A DNA stretch of 64,000 nucleotides, taken from positions 232,872,001-232,936,000 of the forward strand of contig OZ024742.1 in NCBI GenBank assembly GCA_964016885.1. The letters run 5' to 3'. Below the pieces are notes generated by a model, which saw only the letters and a program-made list of their open reading frames with translations, was not told the origin of the DNA and ran no database searches. Position 1 is the stretch's first letter; every line of letters begins with the position of its first letter. Positions 45,993 through 59,907 of the stretch are shown piece after piece. Both the position numbers and the translations under genes were made by a program. This stretch comes from Eledone cirrhosa (Eukaryota).

Positions 45993-48900
45993 TCCTTGAA
46001 TCTCAGTCATTGATGTTGGTTAACTGGAAAGTCCGTTGGAATGAATATCAAGCCACTACCTGCAGCCTCAGATATTCAGGACGTGTCGGAGGGTTCTTGC
46101 TGTTCCAAGCAAGCATGCCTTTTGAAGCGTTCCAAAAAGCGTGAAGGGGCCGATTTTCTTTAACCATCCCTGGAAACTTTTGGAGATAGTCCCCAGTGCG
46201 CCTATGACAATCGGGATCACTTTGACTTCATGGCAGTTCCAAATCCTTTTCACCTCCCACTTCAGGTCCTGGTATCGGTTAATTTTCTCCCTCTCCTTCT
46301 CTTGCACTCTCGTGTCGAAAGGGCAGGCCACATCCACAATCAGACACGATCTTTTTTCTTTGTCCACAACCACCAGGTCAGGTCTATTGTGTTCCAGTTT
46401 CTTGTCCGTCTGTATCCTAAAATCCCACAGCACCTTCACCTGATCGTTCTCCATCACCGCCTCTGGCCTATGCTCATACCACTTCTCAGAATGTGGTAAC
46501 TTGTTTACTTTGCATAGGTGCCAGTGGATCACCCTGCCCATCACATCGTGTCTCCAGCCCTTATAGTGGGTCTGGGCTAGGTGTTTACACTCGGACACAA
46601 TGTGAGCCACAGTCTCCTCTCTCTCTCCACAGATCCTGCACAGTGGGCTAGCCTCCTCCTTGTAAATATGGTGCTTCAACCACTTCGTTTTGAGGGTCTG
46701 CTCCTGCGCAGCCATTAGCATTCCTTCTGTAGCCTTTTTGAGGTCTCCTCTTCTCAACCAGTTCCATATCTGTGGATCTCTAAATTCAGTTTTCTCAAAG
46801 AAGGTACTATGAAGGGATTTTCCCTTAAGGCTGCTCTTCCTCCTTGATGTTATTTCCTCCTTGGACATCCCCTGGCCTACTGTCCCCTCCTTCAGTACAG
46901 TTCTGAGCATTGGCTCCTTACTATAGGTCACGTATTTGTATAGGTTGTTTTTCTCCATCTGAACACAGTCCTCTATGCTGATAAGACCTCTTCCACCCTC
47001 AGATCTCCTTAGGTAGAGTCTATCGACATCACTCCTCTTGTGGAACATGTTGTAGATAGTCAATAGCTTCCTAGTTTTCCTATCCATTTCTTTTTGTTCA
47101 GCAACATTCCATCTCAGAATTCCCGCACTGTACCTAATAATAGACACAGCTCGGGAATTTATTGCGCTTATGGCATTTCTGCTGTTCAGATGTGACTTCA
47201 ATACGCTCCTTACTCTCCGAATGTATTCAGTTCTTAACAATTCCTTCATTTTTTTTGTTCTTTATGCCATCAGCCTCCAGAACGCCCCAATACTTGTATC
47301 CTTCCTCAGAGTCAATTTCCTTTATCATCTCACCTGTTGGTATCTGGATCTCGTTACTTCTGCTCAACCTACCCCTCCTCATCACAATGACTCCACATTT
47401 ACTAATACCAAACTGCATACATATATCAGTGCTGAAAATACGGACAGTGTCAACAAGCACATCCAACTCCTTCTCACTTTTCCCGAAGAGCTTAAGATCG
47501 TCCATGAAGAGGAGGTGATTGATGGTAAGCTCTCCCTTTCCCAACTTGTATCCTGCTCTCACTTTTCACAGCATAATGGTCAAGGGCATCAGGGCAAGGA
47601 CAAACAACAGAGAGGACAGGCTATCTCCCTGGAAGATACCTCTCTTGATCTTCACGCTTCCCAAGGATACTCCAGTTGATGTCAACTCTGTCTCCCAGGA
47701 CCCCATACTCCTGCCCAGCAACTGTCTGTTGTTATCTGCCACCCTGAAGATCTCCAGGCTTTTGGTGATCCAAGAATGAGGCACTATGTCAAATGCCTTT
47801 CTGTAGTCTATCCATCCCATGGCAAGATCAGCGTGTCTCCTCCTGCAATTCCCCATTACCATCTTATCAATAAGTAACTGGTCCTTTGTACCACGTGACT
47901 TCTTTCGGCATCCTTTCTGTTCGTCCGGTAACAAGTTGTTTGTGTGGAGGTGATGGTAGATTTCCTCAGACACAATGCTCGTCAACAGTTTCCACATTAC
48001 GGACAGACATGTGATAAGCCTATAGTTGGTAACATCATTACCCTTGATTCGGTCTTTCATTATCAGAACTGTGGTACCTTTTGTCAACCACTCTGGCACC
48101 TCACCCGACACCAAGCAGTCATTGAACATGGCCGTCAGCTTCGGGTGGAGGGATGTTAAATTTTTAATCCAATACCCCTGCACACCATCTGGGCCTGGTG
48201 ATTTCCAGTTGGTTAGTTTTTTGGCCTGCCCCTTAAGAGTTTCAACTGTGATACTCAAATCAGTTTGTTGGTGTGCCTGCTCACCGATCTCCCTCTGTAC
48301 TGTCTCAATCCACCCTGCCTGGACATTATGTCTAACATCCTGCTCCCATATTCCTCTCCAGAATGTTTTAGTTTGCTCCGCCCCAGGGATCAAGTCGTTG
48401 CCTCTTTCTTTCCCCTCAAGCTGTCCAAACAGCATCTTCTGGTTGTTGTTGAACATGCGGTTCTGTTTATACTGACTGACTCTGTTCTCGTATCGCCTGA
48501 TTTTTGCACTCTTTGCTACAATGCGTTGCTTCAGTTCCTCTATGATAATATTTAGCTTTTTCCTCCTAGTTTTGTACTTTATTTCCAGTCTATTTTTAGT
48601 GCCTATGTTTTTTAGTGTCCCATTCAGTAGTGACTCAAGCTTTCCTATGTCATTTCTCATTTCCCCGATTTGACCACTCAGTCGTTTCTTCCACCACGGC
48701 TCTGCTCTTTCTTGTCTGTTGTTTCCTCTCGCTTTTATACCAAGTAGTTTCCTCACCGTATTTGCTGTTGCTTTGAGGATATTGTTGCACTGGTGAAGGC
48801 TCCTCGTCTCAAGGTATGGGATGACTTTGTTTACCTTAGCTGTTGTTTCTTTTAACTTTTTCCTGTCTACAAATCTTAGGTTCATAGGTCTCCCACTATC

Positions 48901-50347
48901 ATTGTTCAATTCATCTACCACTAAATTTAGGATGTCAACCGAATCTTGTCCTAGCCCGTCAGCATTCATCTCCTCAGTGGCCGTATCTCTGTTCCAGGTA
49001 TTATTTATCTCAGTATTCAGATCATTGTCTGCTTCGGGTGGTTCCTCCGTTCTCAGGACCTCTTCACCTTCATTTCCCACTGGCTGGCTTGTCTGGCATA
49101 CTACACCCGCCATCTCCAAGCCATTCTCTCTGCTCAGTTCCTCCAGTTCCAGCTCGCTTATCCACCCATTAGTTCTTATTACCCGAGCCTGCCCGGCCAA
49201 TTTTTGTTCATCTAATTTAAATAGACCAATCTCGTTCCAGATGTTATGCATCCGTCTCCTGTAGCCCCTCTCCTTGGGGTTACTTTTCAGGTAACATTGC
49301 ATAACAGTTCTATTCAATTCTTTCGTCCAGTTGGTTCTGGCCCCTTTCCTTCTTCTTCTTCCTCCAACATCAGCAGTATTTGGTTGACAGTCAGGTTCCT
49401 GCTGCTGAGCCAGGGGGCACCTGTTGGGTGAGAGTCTGTCACATGACGTTCTAGTCTCCATTTCACCGTTATTCGAACTGTTTATGTTCGGTATTTAAAC
49501 ACTCTTATCGAGGATTGGCGAATGTATGGTTACATAGCCATCTGTGGATTCGCCGTTCCACTTGGCCCTTGTGTGGCATTATCACCACGTTGTATACGAA
49601 CACACATAAACAAACAAACACACAGGCAGAAAGGGCCCAAAAATGAATAAGCATAAGTTTCATTGTAATGTAGTGTTCGAATGTCTGACTTAGTTTTTGT
49701 TTTTTTAGTTTTAGTTTTTCCCCCCTCTTCTCTGTCCGTCCGCCTGCTTATCTCTTCATTCTTATTTTCTTTACGTTTTTTTGTTTTTTTTTGTTTTTGT
49801 TTTTCTCTGTTTGTTTTTCTCGTTTTTTTGCTGTTGTTGCTGTGCTGCTTTGGTTTTGTTGTTTGTTTTTTCTTTTTTCTTTTGAGTCTATATATTTTGA
49901 TGCCTTCCTCTTTTTTAGTAGTAGGAATTCTATAATGTGGTGGCAGCAGCCAGCTGGGAGAAGTGGAAGACTGGCGGCGGTAGCGACACTGAGACAGTGG
50001 TGGTGGTGATGTCGATACCGAGGCAGCGGTGGTGGTGATGTGGTCGTATTACCGTTGTGATGGTGTTGTAGCGGTGGCAGCAGTGAAGGAGTGAAGGAGT
50101 GGTGGCGGCGGTGATGGGATAGTGGTGGTAATGATGGCAGTAGTGAGCGGTGGTGGTGAAATTGCCGTTATCTGGCTGTTGTGTTTAGTGTACACAGGTG
50201 ATGAGGTGGGTGGTGTATCTAGTTTCTGGTGTTGGTGAGTTTGGCTGTTCTATATAGTGTAGACAGAGGAGAGGAGGGGGGGGGGGGTCTTCTTCCATTT
50301 ATAGCCATTTTCTTTTTTGGATATACAGTGTACAATACAAAGTTGAA

Positions 50348-50349
<2 letters not shown>
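45993..50349 (-). mobile_element. R4/Dong-clade non-LTR retrotransposon flanked by (TAA)n; 5' boundary uncertain
   Basis: Single RT+RLE reading frame; (TTA)n tracts at 45958-45992 and 50351-50420. Confidence 0.85.
46068..49461 (-). pseudogene. R4/Dong ORF (RT + CCHC + restriction-like endonuclease) with one stop and one frameshift
   Basis: WKSPGPDG, QKGCR, WIDYRKAFD, GIFQGDSLS, HLLFMDD, CRIC..ETVAHIVSEC, RHD, RPDL, DVACPFD, PIVIGALG across ORFs 47566..49461, 47227..47562 and 46068..47249. Confidence 0.93.
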
Positions 50350-50422
<73 letters not shown>

Positions 50423-50453
50423 GTATATATATATATTATAATTATAATAATAA

Positions 50454-50566
50454 TGTTTATACTTTTAGCACAAGGCCAGCAATTACCCCAGTGCGTGACT
50501 GGTACTTTATTTTATCAACCCCGTAAGGATGAAAGGCAAAGTTAACCTCAGCAGGAATTGAACTCA
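50454..50566 (-). mobile_element. 5'-truncated tRNA-derived SINE
   Basis: Matches the 3' part of the SINE family. Confidence 0.85.
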
Positions 50567-50584
50567 TATCACAAAGCACGCGCG

Positions 50585-50667
<83 letters not shown>

Positions 50668-50889
50668 AAAAGGAAATGAGGTTCTATACAAAACATTGGG
50701 TATAGAGAAAAGATGAAGTTGGAAATAACACGGGAAATATATTTAAAAGTCTGTTTTTTTGTCACTTTGACGAATCAAAAAAGAAAAACAGGCCCTTAAA
50801 TATATTTCCCGTGCTATTTCCAACTTCATATTTTCTCTCTCTCTCTATATATATATATATTTATATAATGCACCCAGTATAAGAAGAAT

Positions 50890-51128
50890 CTTATATGTTA
50901 TGTGCTGGAGAAAACACTATGCTGGTTGAAGAAATGCCAAGAAATTCCAGTGGAAGGGTGCTGTAGTTGAGGAAGACCAAGGAAGACCTGAGCAGAAGTC
51001 GTGAGAGGTCATCTTAAATCGTTCAACCTCATAGAAGGGATGACAAAGGATCATGACGAGATGAGAGATGCTATACCGAAAAGGACCTGTCCAACCCATG
51101 CAAGCATGGAAAAGCAGACGACATAAAT

Positions 51129-51186
<58 letters not shown>
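50890..51186 (+). mobile_element. RTE-type LINE 3' end with (GAT)n tail
   Basis: Decayed GRPRKT-like coding end then long (GAT)n; related piece at ~53450-53620. Confidence 0.6.
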
Positions 51187-51419
51187 ACATAGTGCAAGTC
51201 AACAATGACAATATACACACACTCACAAGTAAATAAGAAATAGGATATGAGTAAATGTGGTTATTGTTGGAGAGAGGGGAACTATTTTGTAAACATCATT
51301 ATTTATGACAGGAAGCACATTTTCAGACTGACTTCTATAGTGAAGATAATCAATGTCAATTAAAACATGCTAAGAGCAACATTACAAATATAAATACCAT
51401 AATCATTACTCAGCTCTCA

Positions 51420-51735
51420 TAATGGTTTCTGATTTAGATATAATGCCAACAATTATGGGGGAGTCAATTAAATTGACCCCAGAGCGTTACTGGTACTATA
51501 TTTTGTCAGATGAAAGGCAAAGCTAATTTCGGTGAGATTTAATCTTTTTGGGTGCTCTAGGCACCTTATGACGCCAGTAGAGTAATCTCCCTTTAATACA
51601 TAATGCAGTGTCAAGGGAAGCAATTCATAAAAGGAATTCAGCATGCTAAAGATTAAAATCAGAATGTAAAGGGCTGTAACTCAATGCTGCGAACCATGGT
51701 ATCCAACGCTCTACCAATCCTGCCAATCCACCGTC
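51420..51735 (-). mobile_element. Old, split copy of the tRNA-derived SINE
   Basis: TTACTGGTACT..GATGAAAGGCAAAG and CTCTACCAATCCTGCCAATCCACCG separated by ~110 bp of other sequence. Confidence 0.6.
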
Positions 51736-52181
51736 CTGATCAGTTCTAATAATAAAACTATACACAAGTAATCTAACTGAAATTCTTTCCAAAGAAAAGT
51801 TATTTTTGAATAAGAAATATGGTAAACAACAGTGTGTGTGCGCACGCGCATAGGACCGGACTTTTGCCTTCTGAGAGCTTAAGCTATTTGAAATTTAAAA
51901 CCCTTCTCTAAAAAATTGGGGTAACAAAATTTAAAATAATTTTACATGATTATCATTTATTAAACATTACAAAATTAAATTGTTACAAAATGTTCCTTCT
52001 AACTAATTAATTGATTTATTCTATTTGCCACAAAGAAAACATAAAATATATTTAAAAACATTAGGCTTCCGAGGGTGAGTGGCCTTAAGCTATAGATTAC
52101 TTAGCTTATAGGTAAGTCCAGCACTGTGTGTATGTGTGTGTGTATATATATGCAAAGATGGACAAAACTATGGAGGTGATG

Positions 52182-52341
<160 letters not shown>

Positions 52342-53800
52342 ATCTTCATTTAACATCCACTTTTCAGTTTACATAGACCAAGCCATTACTGAAGTAGGGC
52401 TACTGACCTCACAGACAGGCCGAGGAGTCTGCATCCTGCTTACGTATAGTCATACATTCTATCGAGTGCAGAGAAGTTGTCATGTCTTTTGACACAAATT
52501 GAAGGGTCCTGTCAACCCGTTGTTTGACAAGCTTTCTACAACTGGACGTCTTCCTACCACCAGTCACTTGACAGCATGTACCGGGTGTTTGTTTTTTTGT
52601 GTGTAAATCACCAACACTGGGGAGGCTGTCATGCCTTGATACAACTAAAGGGTCCTCCCAACCTTTTATTTGGCAAGCTTTCTATGGTTGGATGCCCTTT
52701 CTAACACCAACCTCTTTACAGTGTGTACTGGGTGTTTTTATTGTGTAAATTACCAGCAGTATAAATAAATTATAAAAAATAACAATACCCCCAAAAATAA
52801 CTTGAATTTAGACTGTAACCATAATTTCAAACATTAAAGTAAATGTGAAAATGAAATCACTTCTATTACTTTTTAAATACCATAAAAGGACAATTTTTGA
52901 AATGTCATTTACAGATTTACAGGTAACAGAGAAGACTGCACTGGTATAAACATATGATATGTGTACAGCCACCGGAAATAACATCTGTCCTTACCAGTGA
53001 AATAAACAACTCTATCTATCTGCTTATCTAGCTACCTATCTGTCATTTCCTAGTGAAACAAACAACTCTATCTGCCTACCTAGCTACCTCACCCCAGTGA
53101 AACAAACAACCCTTAGGCCACTAAAATAAAACGCCTACACTGCGGCTAAACATCAAACGATTATTTTTGTATAAATAGAGTGGTTCCAAACTCTTTCGCC
53201 AGTCGACCTTTGGCAGAGTCAACTCGCGTATCGTTGTTCCCCTCCTCTGCCACGTTTGTCACTCACACACGCCTTGTACCTCTGTATCGTCGCTTCATAT
53301 ATGGAATAAATCGCTGAAATAAACTACATCTCTTGCCTGCTCGTCTGTTCATCCTTACCGTATGCGATAACAGTCCTATTAAGGGCGATTCTCAGATCTG
53401 ATCAGAAGTAGTGACCAGACCCACTAACCACGTTACTACATATGTATGGACGAGGAACACCTGGATGAAAAATAGGCAGGAGAGGCTAGTGGAAGGAAGC
53501 TGCAGTAGAGGAAGACCAAGAAAAACTGGTGGTTAGAGATAAAAAAAATGCTGAACCACAAAACGATGATGAAAGAATGGTATGAGTAGAGGGAGGCTGT
53601 ACTGGAAAGGACCTGTCCAATCCATATATTCGCATATATATCAATTAAACAGTGAAAGCATTATTGTAGACATTTTAGATATTAAAAAAAAAACCCACAA
53701 GAACTGTTCTATAGTTACTTTTCACTTTACAGTTGACTAGAAATGTAAATAAACCGTTAGGTTTACGAAAAATTCTATTTAGGATGTAAAGGATTTGCCA

Positions 53801-53872
53801 GGTCACTTATGCGTAATGGCTAGCGCAGGTGTCCAGTATATGACAGAAGCGTGGTTCGATTACCGCAGGCGT
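53801..53872 (+). other. tRNA-like head (different SINE family or tRNA pseudogene)
   Basis: A-box-like TGCGTAATGGCTAGCGC and B-box GGTTCGATTACC at tRNA spacing; acceptor stem does not pair. Confidence 0.5.
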
Positions 53873-54199
53873 CTCTGCTCACCCCTTTCTGTCTCCCCGG
53901 GTAATTAACCGACGTAGTCGACTATTTTATTATTAATATATGAATTGTGGTTAGTTTTAACAATAAAATCAAATAAATTCCAAATATATACATGTCAATT
54001 ACATCGTGGAAGTGACATGTTTGACATTAAAAAATAACACATACACACAACTGCTAAGTTTACTTTTAAATAATCTATTGATGTCAAAGTTTTCGTCACA
54101 TTTTTTCGGCCTGGTTACTGAACCAATCGCTCTGCAGGGGAAATGTAACAGTAACCAGGTCGCAAAGAATACAATGAAAAATTGAACTCCACGAAATAA

Positions 54200-57100
54200 A
54201 TCATCATCATCAGGTCGAGCTTGCTCGGCCTTCTACGACACGTTTTCCCCATCCATCGCTGTCTCTCATTGCGTTTGCCAGTTCTTCTGCAGTGCATCCA
54301 GTATCGTCCTTAACTTGCTTGACGTATGTCTTCTTGGGGCGTTTCTTGCTCCATGAGATGGACTCCATAACAATACATCGCCTGCTATTTCTTCCTTGCT
54401 GCGCCAACAGTGGCCAGCAAATCTGAGTCTCTGTCCACGTATTGACCTGCTGGTAGGTGGTATATTGCCATAGAGAACCTTATTTGTTGGGTGTTCCCCA
54501 CAAGATACGTTTAAAGCAGAACGGAGCATTTCTCCAATTTTGACGTTAGCGTCTAAGTGATAGAGCCATAAACAAGCACAGATTCCACAGCAGCTCTGAA
54601 GAAATTCCTTTTCAGTTTGGCCGGCAGGTTTGATTTCCATATTTTTTCCATTGCATTCAATGCTCCCCAGGCTTTTCCCAGTCAGATGTTAACATCATGT
54701 TCTGTGGAGGCGATATAGCTACCCAAGTATTTGAAGTCGCCAACTTGTTTGATTATATCGCCGTTTAGACTTCGTATACCAACTGAGGAGTCTTGGTTCA
54801 GGCAAATATATTCTGTTTTGCCTGCGTTGACATAGAGTCCGATTTCCTTTGCAACTGATTCGATGCTGTGAAGTAGTGATGTTGTATCCTTAAGGTATGA
54901 CCGCTAAATCATCCGCATAGTCAGCATCGGTGATTTTCTGAGCTGCATGGCGTCTACACTTTCGCTTTGTGAGAGTGAAACCAAGTTCTAAGTTTTCGTT
55001 CAAGGCTTTTCTCAATACATAGTCGAGGCAGATGATAAAAATATATGGTGCAAGAGTATCCCCTTGGAGTACTCCTGCAATGATGTCAAAGAAGTTGGTA
55101 TCTCCATCAGGTGGCCGCACCATTACGCGGGTGTTTTTATATGACATCATGATTACTGTTTCCTTTGGCAAGCCGTAGGCTAGAAGTATCTCTCATCCTC
55201 CCACGATGGATGGAATCGAATGCTTTTGAAAAGTCAATAAACAGGAGAGTTGCTGGGAGGTTTTTGGCTTTTACGCCTTCCAATATACGCCGAATAGTAA
55301 GTATTTGCCCTGATGTTGATCTGTTGGTGCGGAAGCCATTTTGTTTTTTTTCTCAACAAGGGGTCAATGACAGGTCTTATTCTGTCAAGCAACATGAGAT
55401 TGTATATCTTTGCGGCAATTGCCATTATGTTATGCCACGGTAGATTTTAGCCATTCCAACATCGTTCTTTTTTGGGAAAGGGAGTATACATCCCTCAGTC
55501 CATTTGTCTATGGGGTATTGATTATAGACACCATTACACAACTCTAGTAGCATTGGGTGAAATTCAGGTACCTTCCACACTTCAGCTGGGATCTCGTCGA
55601 GTCCGCACGCTTTTCCGTTACCAATACTTTTCACTGCTTTCTGTAGTTCCTCCATAGTGAAAGGACCTTTCTGTATTTGGTGTGCCTCTGTAAAAACGGG
55701 TATTATTTCTTCTTCGATGATCTATGGTGCTTTGCCAAGTAGGTTCTGAAAATGTTGTTGCCACAGTTTTAAGCGTTCGTCTTGGCTGGAGGCTTTCAGT
55801 TTGGCTCTGTCACTACTTTTTCTGCCACTAATTTCATTGACAGTTTTCCAGGCTTCAGTAGACCTCTTATTCCTGACAGTACTCGAGATATGATTGATCT
55901 TTCTGTGCATATATTCGGCTTGCATAATTTCATACTTACTTTTCAGTGCTATACAAACAGCATTGAAGTTACTAATGTTTTCTGGAGATCGTTGAGTGTC
56001 TTTCAATTCTGCAGCTTTTCGCAACTCTTTGCGGTTTGGGCGTATCCTCTCTGTTTACCAGGGTTTTCGTTTTTTAACCTAGGGTTTTAAAGGGATGGTG
56101 TCGGCCGCTGCCTCTTTGAATGCCATTTGAAAGTGGTTAAATGTAGAATTTGACGATTTTGTTGGCGCAGAGTCTTGTAGGGCAGCGAATCGGTTGTTCA
56201 GTTGGGTTACAAAGGTTTTGTAAGTCTCAGGATTGGTATTCAGAACTGCCCAGTTGTAGGGAGTAGCATTTGCAGATTTCTTTTTATCCACTCAGAGACC
56301 CAATCGTATCTTAGCCGAGACAATGCGATGATCCGAGTCAACACTAACAAATGAGTCATATGCTCTGCAGTTTTTTGCGCTATTCTTCCATTTTCGATTG
56401 ATTATGATATAATCCAGTTGTGTCTTGTCGCCATTTGGAGATTTGTGTGTCCACCGCTGGCCTGGTCTATTTTGGAATATGGCGTTGAGACATCGTAAAT
56501 TGTTCTCACACAAGTAATCTTTTAGTATACAACGGTTTCTATTGGTTTGTGAGTGGTATGAGAATCTGAATCCATCAAGCTGTTCAAGACGCGCGTTGAA
56601 GTCTCCGCCAATGATGAGAACATTATGTTTCGGGATTTGTCTAGTGAGTGATGTTAGTTCCATGTAAAACCTCTCTACTTCGGCCATGTCACATACATTT
56701 GTTGGACTATAGCAAGAGATTACAGTGGTTTTAGGATTCCCGTTAAACGTAGCTATCATTATCCACGAGCCTATGATACACTCGCAAGTGTATCATAGGC
56801 TCGTGGGCTGAAAAGCATTCCAAATCCACCATTTGCTGCATTCATATTGTTTTTCCAAGCTGAGCAGGTTATCAGCCTCTAATTGCCAAATATTTGCTCC
56901 TTTGTTACAAGCTCTTCATGTATGAACCTGAAGCAATCAGTCCAGGGATTTTATGGTCTTTCTGGAGTGTTTGAACATTGAGTGTACCAGCAAAGATGTC
57001 TTTCTTTCCGTGTACAAGTCAGGTTGGTTGTTTTCTCCGTGTATGTTTCCCAGTATCTGATTTTTCGACTGCAATCTGGGAATCCGTTGCACGATGCGCT

Positions 57101-57712
57101 CCTTGTTTAACCGCGCGACGAGCGCTGCGGAATGAACATCGAAGGATTTGTGTCATATTCAGCTTTCAATAGCTAGATATACACTTGCGGTCACTACTCC
57201 ATACACGTGAAAGTAGTACTCTGTATTAGAGCGGTTGTGCCTCACCGAAACATCCAACAGTAGTTGATATGATCGCCTTGCCACTAGTAGTATGAACCAA
57301 ATTCACAGTTACTTGATCATTGCCTTATCTACTGATCCGATATCCTGCTTATCAATGTCGTCGTTTAACCCAGTCAGGATTGGTTTGACAGATTGCCTAT
57401 CAAGGCCAAAGAGCTCTGTCCGCCCCGGCTTTGAAATCAGAGTGGTCCCTCTCCTAGACAGATTTCCCACCAAGGCTACCAAATATACACTATATACACT
57501 ATATACATATTTACACAATTTTTGGATGGCCGTTGACTCTTATGAGTTCTTCCGCCCTTTGTCAGGTTTTATTTTTGTCCTGCAGGATGTCCAAAATCAC
57601 CCTCCTCACCAAGTAAACTTGATGTGGTTGCCGGTTTAGTCGCCGACGACCCGACCATGCGACAGGTTGTACTGGGTTACAAGTTACCAGTAGCACCCGA
57701 GAGTGGCCTGAC
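54200..57712 (-). mobile_element. RTE-clade LINE, approximately full length, decayed (APE endonuclease + RT), (GAT)n tail
   Basis: SCYSPT, GGDFNA, QLDYI, SDHR (APE); KACGLDEIPAEVWK, GVLQGDTLAP, YADDL (RT); RLRFAGHC; ATCATCATCATC at 54200. Confidence 0.92.
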
Positions 57713-59099
57713 ATAAATGGACAGCGAAAAGTGAATAAAGAAGATTTTGTGTGTATTTTGAATGACTAAATGAATCTTGTACAATGTAATTGCTTCAGTT
57801 TCAACATATGGTCGCAAATCGAGGGCGTTAAAGCATAGTACCATTTTAGTACATGGATCGATTCTTCTTCTGTATCTCTTTCTCACAACCTCGCTATCAT
57901 ACACACTCTCTCTCCTTGTCTCTGTTCAGACTAGGAGAGGGGAAGGGCTCTGCCAGTTTTAAAATGTCCAATATACATCGTATGTCACTACAACGAGTTA
58001 CGGGTCTCTAGTACAATAATCTATAAGGTGGCTAGAATTTTAATAAAGTGTCTCTGCTCTTAGCTCTTGCTGATGAACTCATCCGATATATCTTCAATCC
58101 TGAATCTCCTGTAAAAACTATCCTCCTATAGTTACCACCCGTCTCTCGTTTTTGAGCTGATGGAGTTCCCCCCTGATCCACACTATATTAACTCTGGAGT
58201 GCCGTGGGGTTTGGTTTTGTCTCCCTTATACTTTTCCTTGTATACACCCGCGACTTACTTGTCACCTCCAGCAACACTAATCCTTACGCAAATAATACCA
58301 CCCTTCATTCCTCGCTAACCGTCTGCGTCCAAGCGTCAACCTCATGCACCTAGAATCTTCACTGACTCCATGAAGATTTTTAGTGATTATAGTTTAGTAA
58401 TAAGTCTTTAGCTGTAATGGTAGCAGAAAAGATCCTTAAAGAAGATATAGAGGTAAGGCTGCGTGTTTATGTTTCATGGTTGCGGAAAAGATCAGAAGGC
58501 ATAGTTAAACATAATAAGGATTTAATTTTGCTTGACGTGAACGCATGTAGAAAAGGTGTGAAGTGGTACAGAGATTTTGTGTAACAAAGCTGACATGTAA
58601 TGACCAATCTCTTAAAGCAAGTACTTTGGAACCAAGTTGTCGGTTACGGTAAATCTCCTAAAAACTGTATGATGAAACTACTCTTATTGTTAGAGAGAGC
58701 AAAGTCACAGGAGCAGAGAAGCCATTACGAGCTGCTGGTGTCGACGAAATGTAAAGCGCAACTGTTAGATAGTTTTGAAAGATGGTGCCTCGACCGGGAA
58801 AACCATTTGTGAGCTGCTGGTGTCAACGAAAAGAAAGGCGCAACTGTTAGTTAGAACTGAAAAAAAACCGCGAAGCAACTGCTGGGCGGAAGTCGTCTTT
58901 TGTATTCATACGCCACCAACCCTAAGGGCTGGTGAGTGACAAAGTACGACCAAATTACTCCGCAGCGATAAAATAGTGCCATTGCTTGCTACAAATTAAA
59001 AAGATCATCCTCCAATAGGATCATGCCTATCCTTTAAATATAAAAAAAAAATGGCAAACAAACAACAACAAAAGATATAATCGCTTCATGTATCAACCT

Positions 59100-59700
59100 G
59101 AACAGCGTGTAACTAGAACACTCACAATGGCTTCAAAATGCTAGACAGCCTCAATATCACTGACGATTTCTCCTGATGGACGCACATCCCTACATATTAA
59201 AATAAGCACCTCGATGACTGGTTTTCTGCTTCCAAAACAGAAATTACTCCAACCCCTCTATAAATCTAAGGTAAGACCCCCAATAGAGTACTCTCCCCAA
59301 ATTTGATACAGTGCTTTTTGCTATAAACAAAGACATCATAGACCGCATCCAAAGAAAGGGCACTAGCTTGTTTGATATGAAGTTGCTCAGCAAGTACTTT
59401 ACACTCTATTGTCTTCTTTCTCCACTTATTTTCTCATTACTATAGCGGCTTCAATTTCTCGCACCTGACTGGCCCTTGCCATTCCCATTCGGATACTCCC
59501 ATCTCACTCGTCTATCTCCCCCTCGTCATCCATGTGGTACCCCCTCATCAGACTCTAAACTAGTCACTATTACCTGTCCTTCCTCCCCAGTTTACCATCT
59601 TGCAAGTCTTTCCTGCAGCTGTCAACTTGCAACATTTCAAGTGGAACGTTTAGGGTACCAAGATGGCTAGTTGCATGTTCTGCTAAGGCCAATAGACGCA
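59100..59700 (+). mobile_element. Highly decayed CR1/Jockey-group LINE RT 3' fragment
   Basis: LYKSKVRPPIEYSPQI* at ~59257-59307 and DRIQRK at ~59341 resemble the RT C-terminal LYK..RP.LEY...W motif. Confidence 0.55.
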
Positions 59701-59907
59701 GTCATTTTTTGTAAAAAAAACAAAAACAAATACAAAAATAAGGAGAAGACAAAAAGGGACATTCACCCCCCCCCCCCTCCTCCTCCCCCACACACACATT
59801 TAAAATCAGCATATGCAAGGTGATTGAAGATCAAAGAACTGGGGAAACAGTTAAGTTTCCGAACAGCGAGATACAATGCGACATACTGTAGCAGTAATTT
59901 TAACTTT

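Noticed and set aside
53230-53440. Solo LTR (AATAAA, ends ..TTACTACA)
   Set aside because: No matching TG start, TSD or second copy in the window
53801-53872. Functional tRNA gene
   Set aside because: A and B boxes are present but the acceptor and anticodon stems do not form
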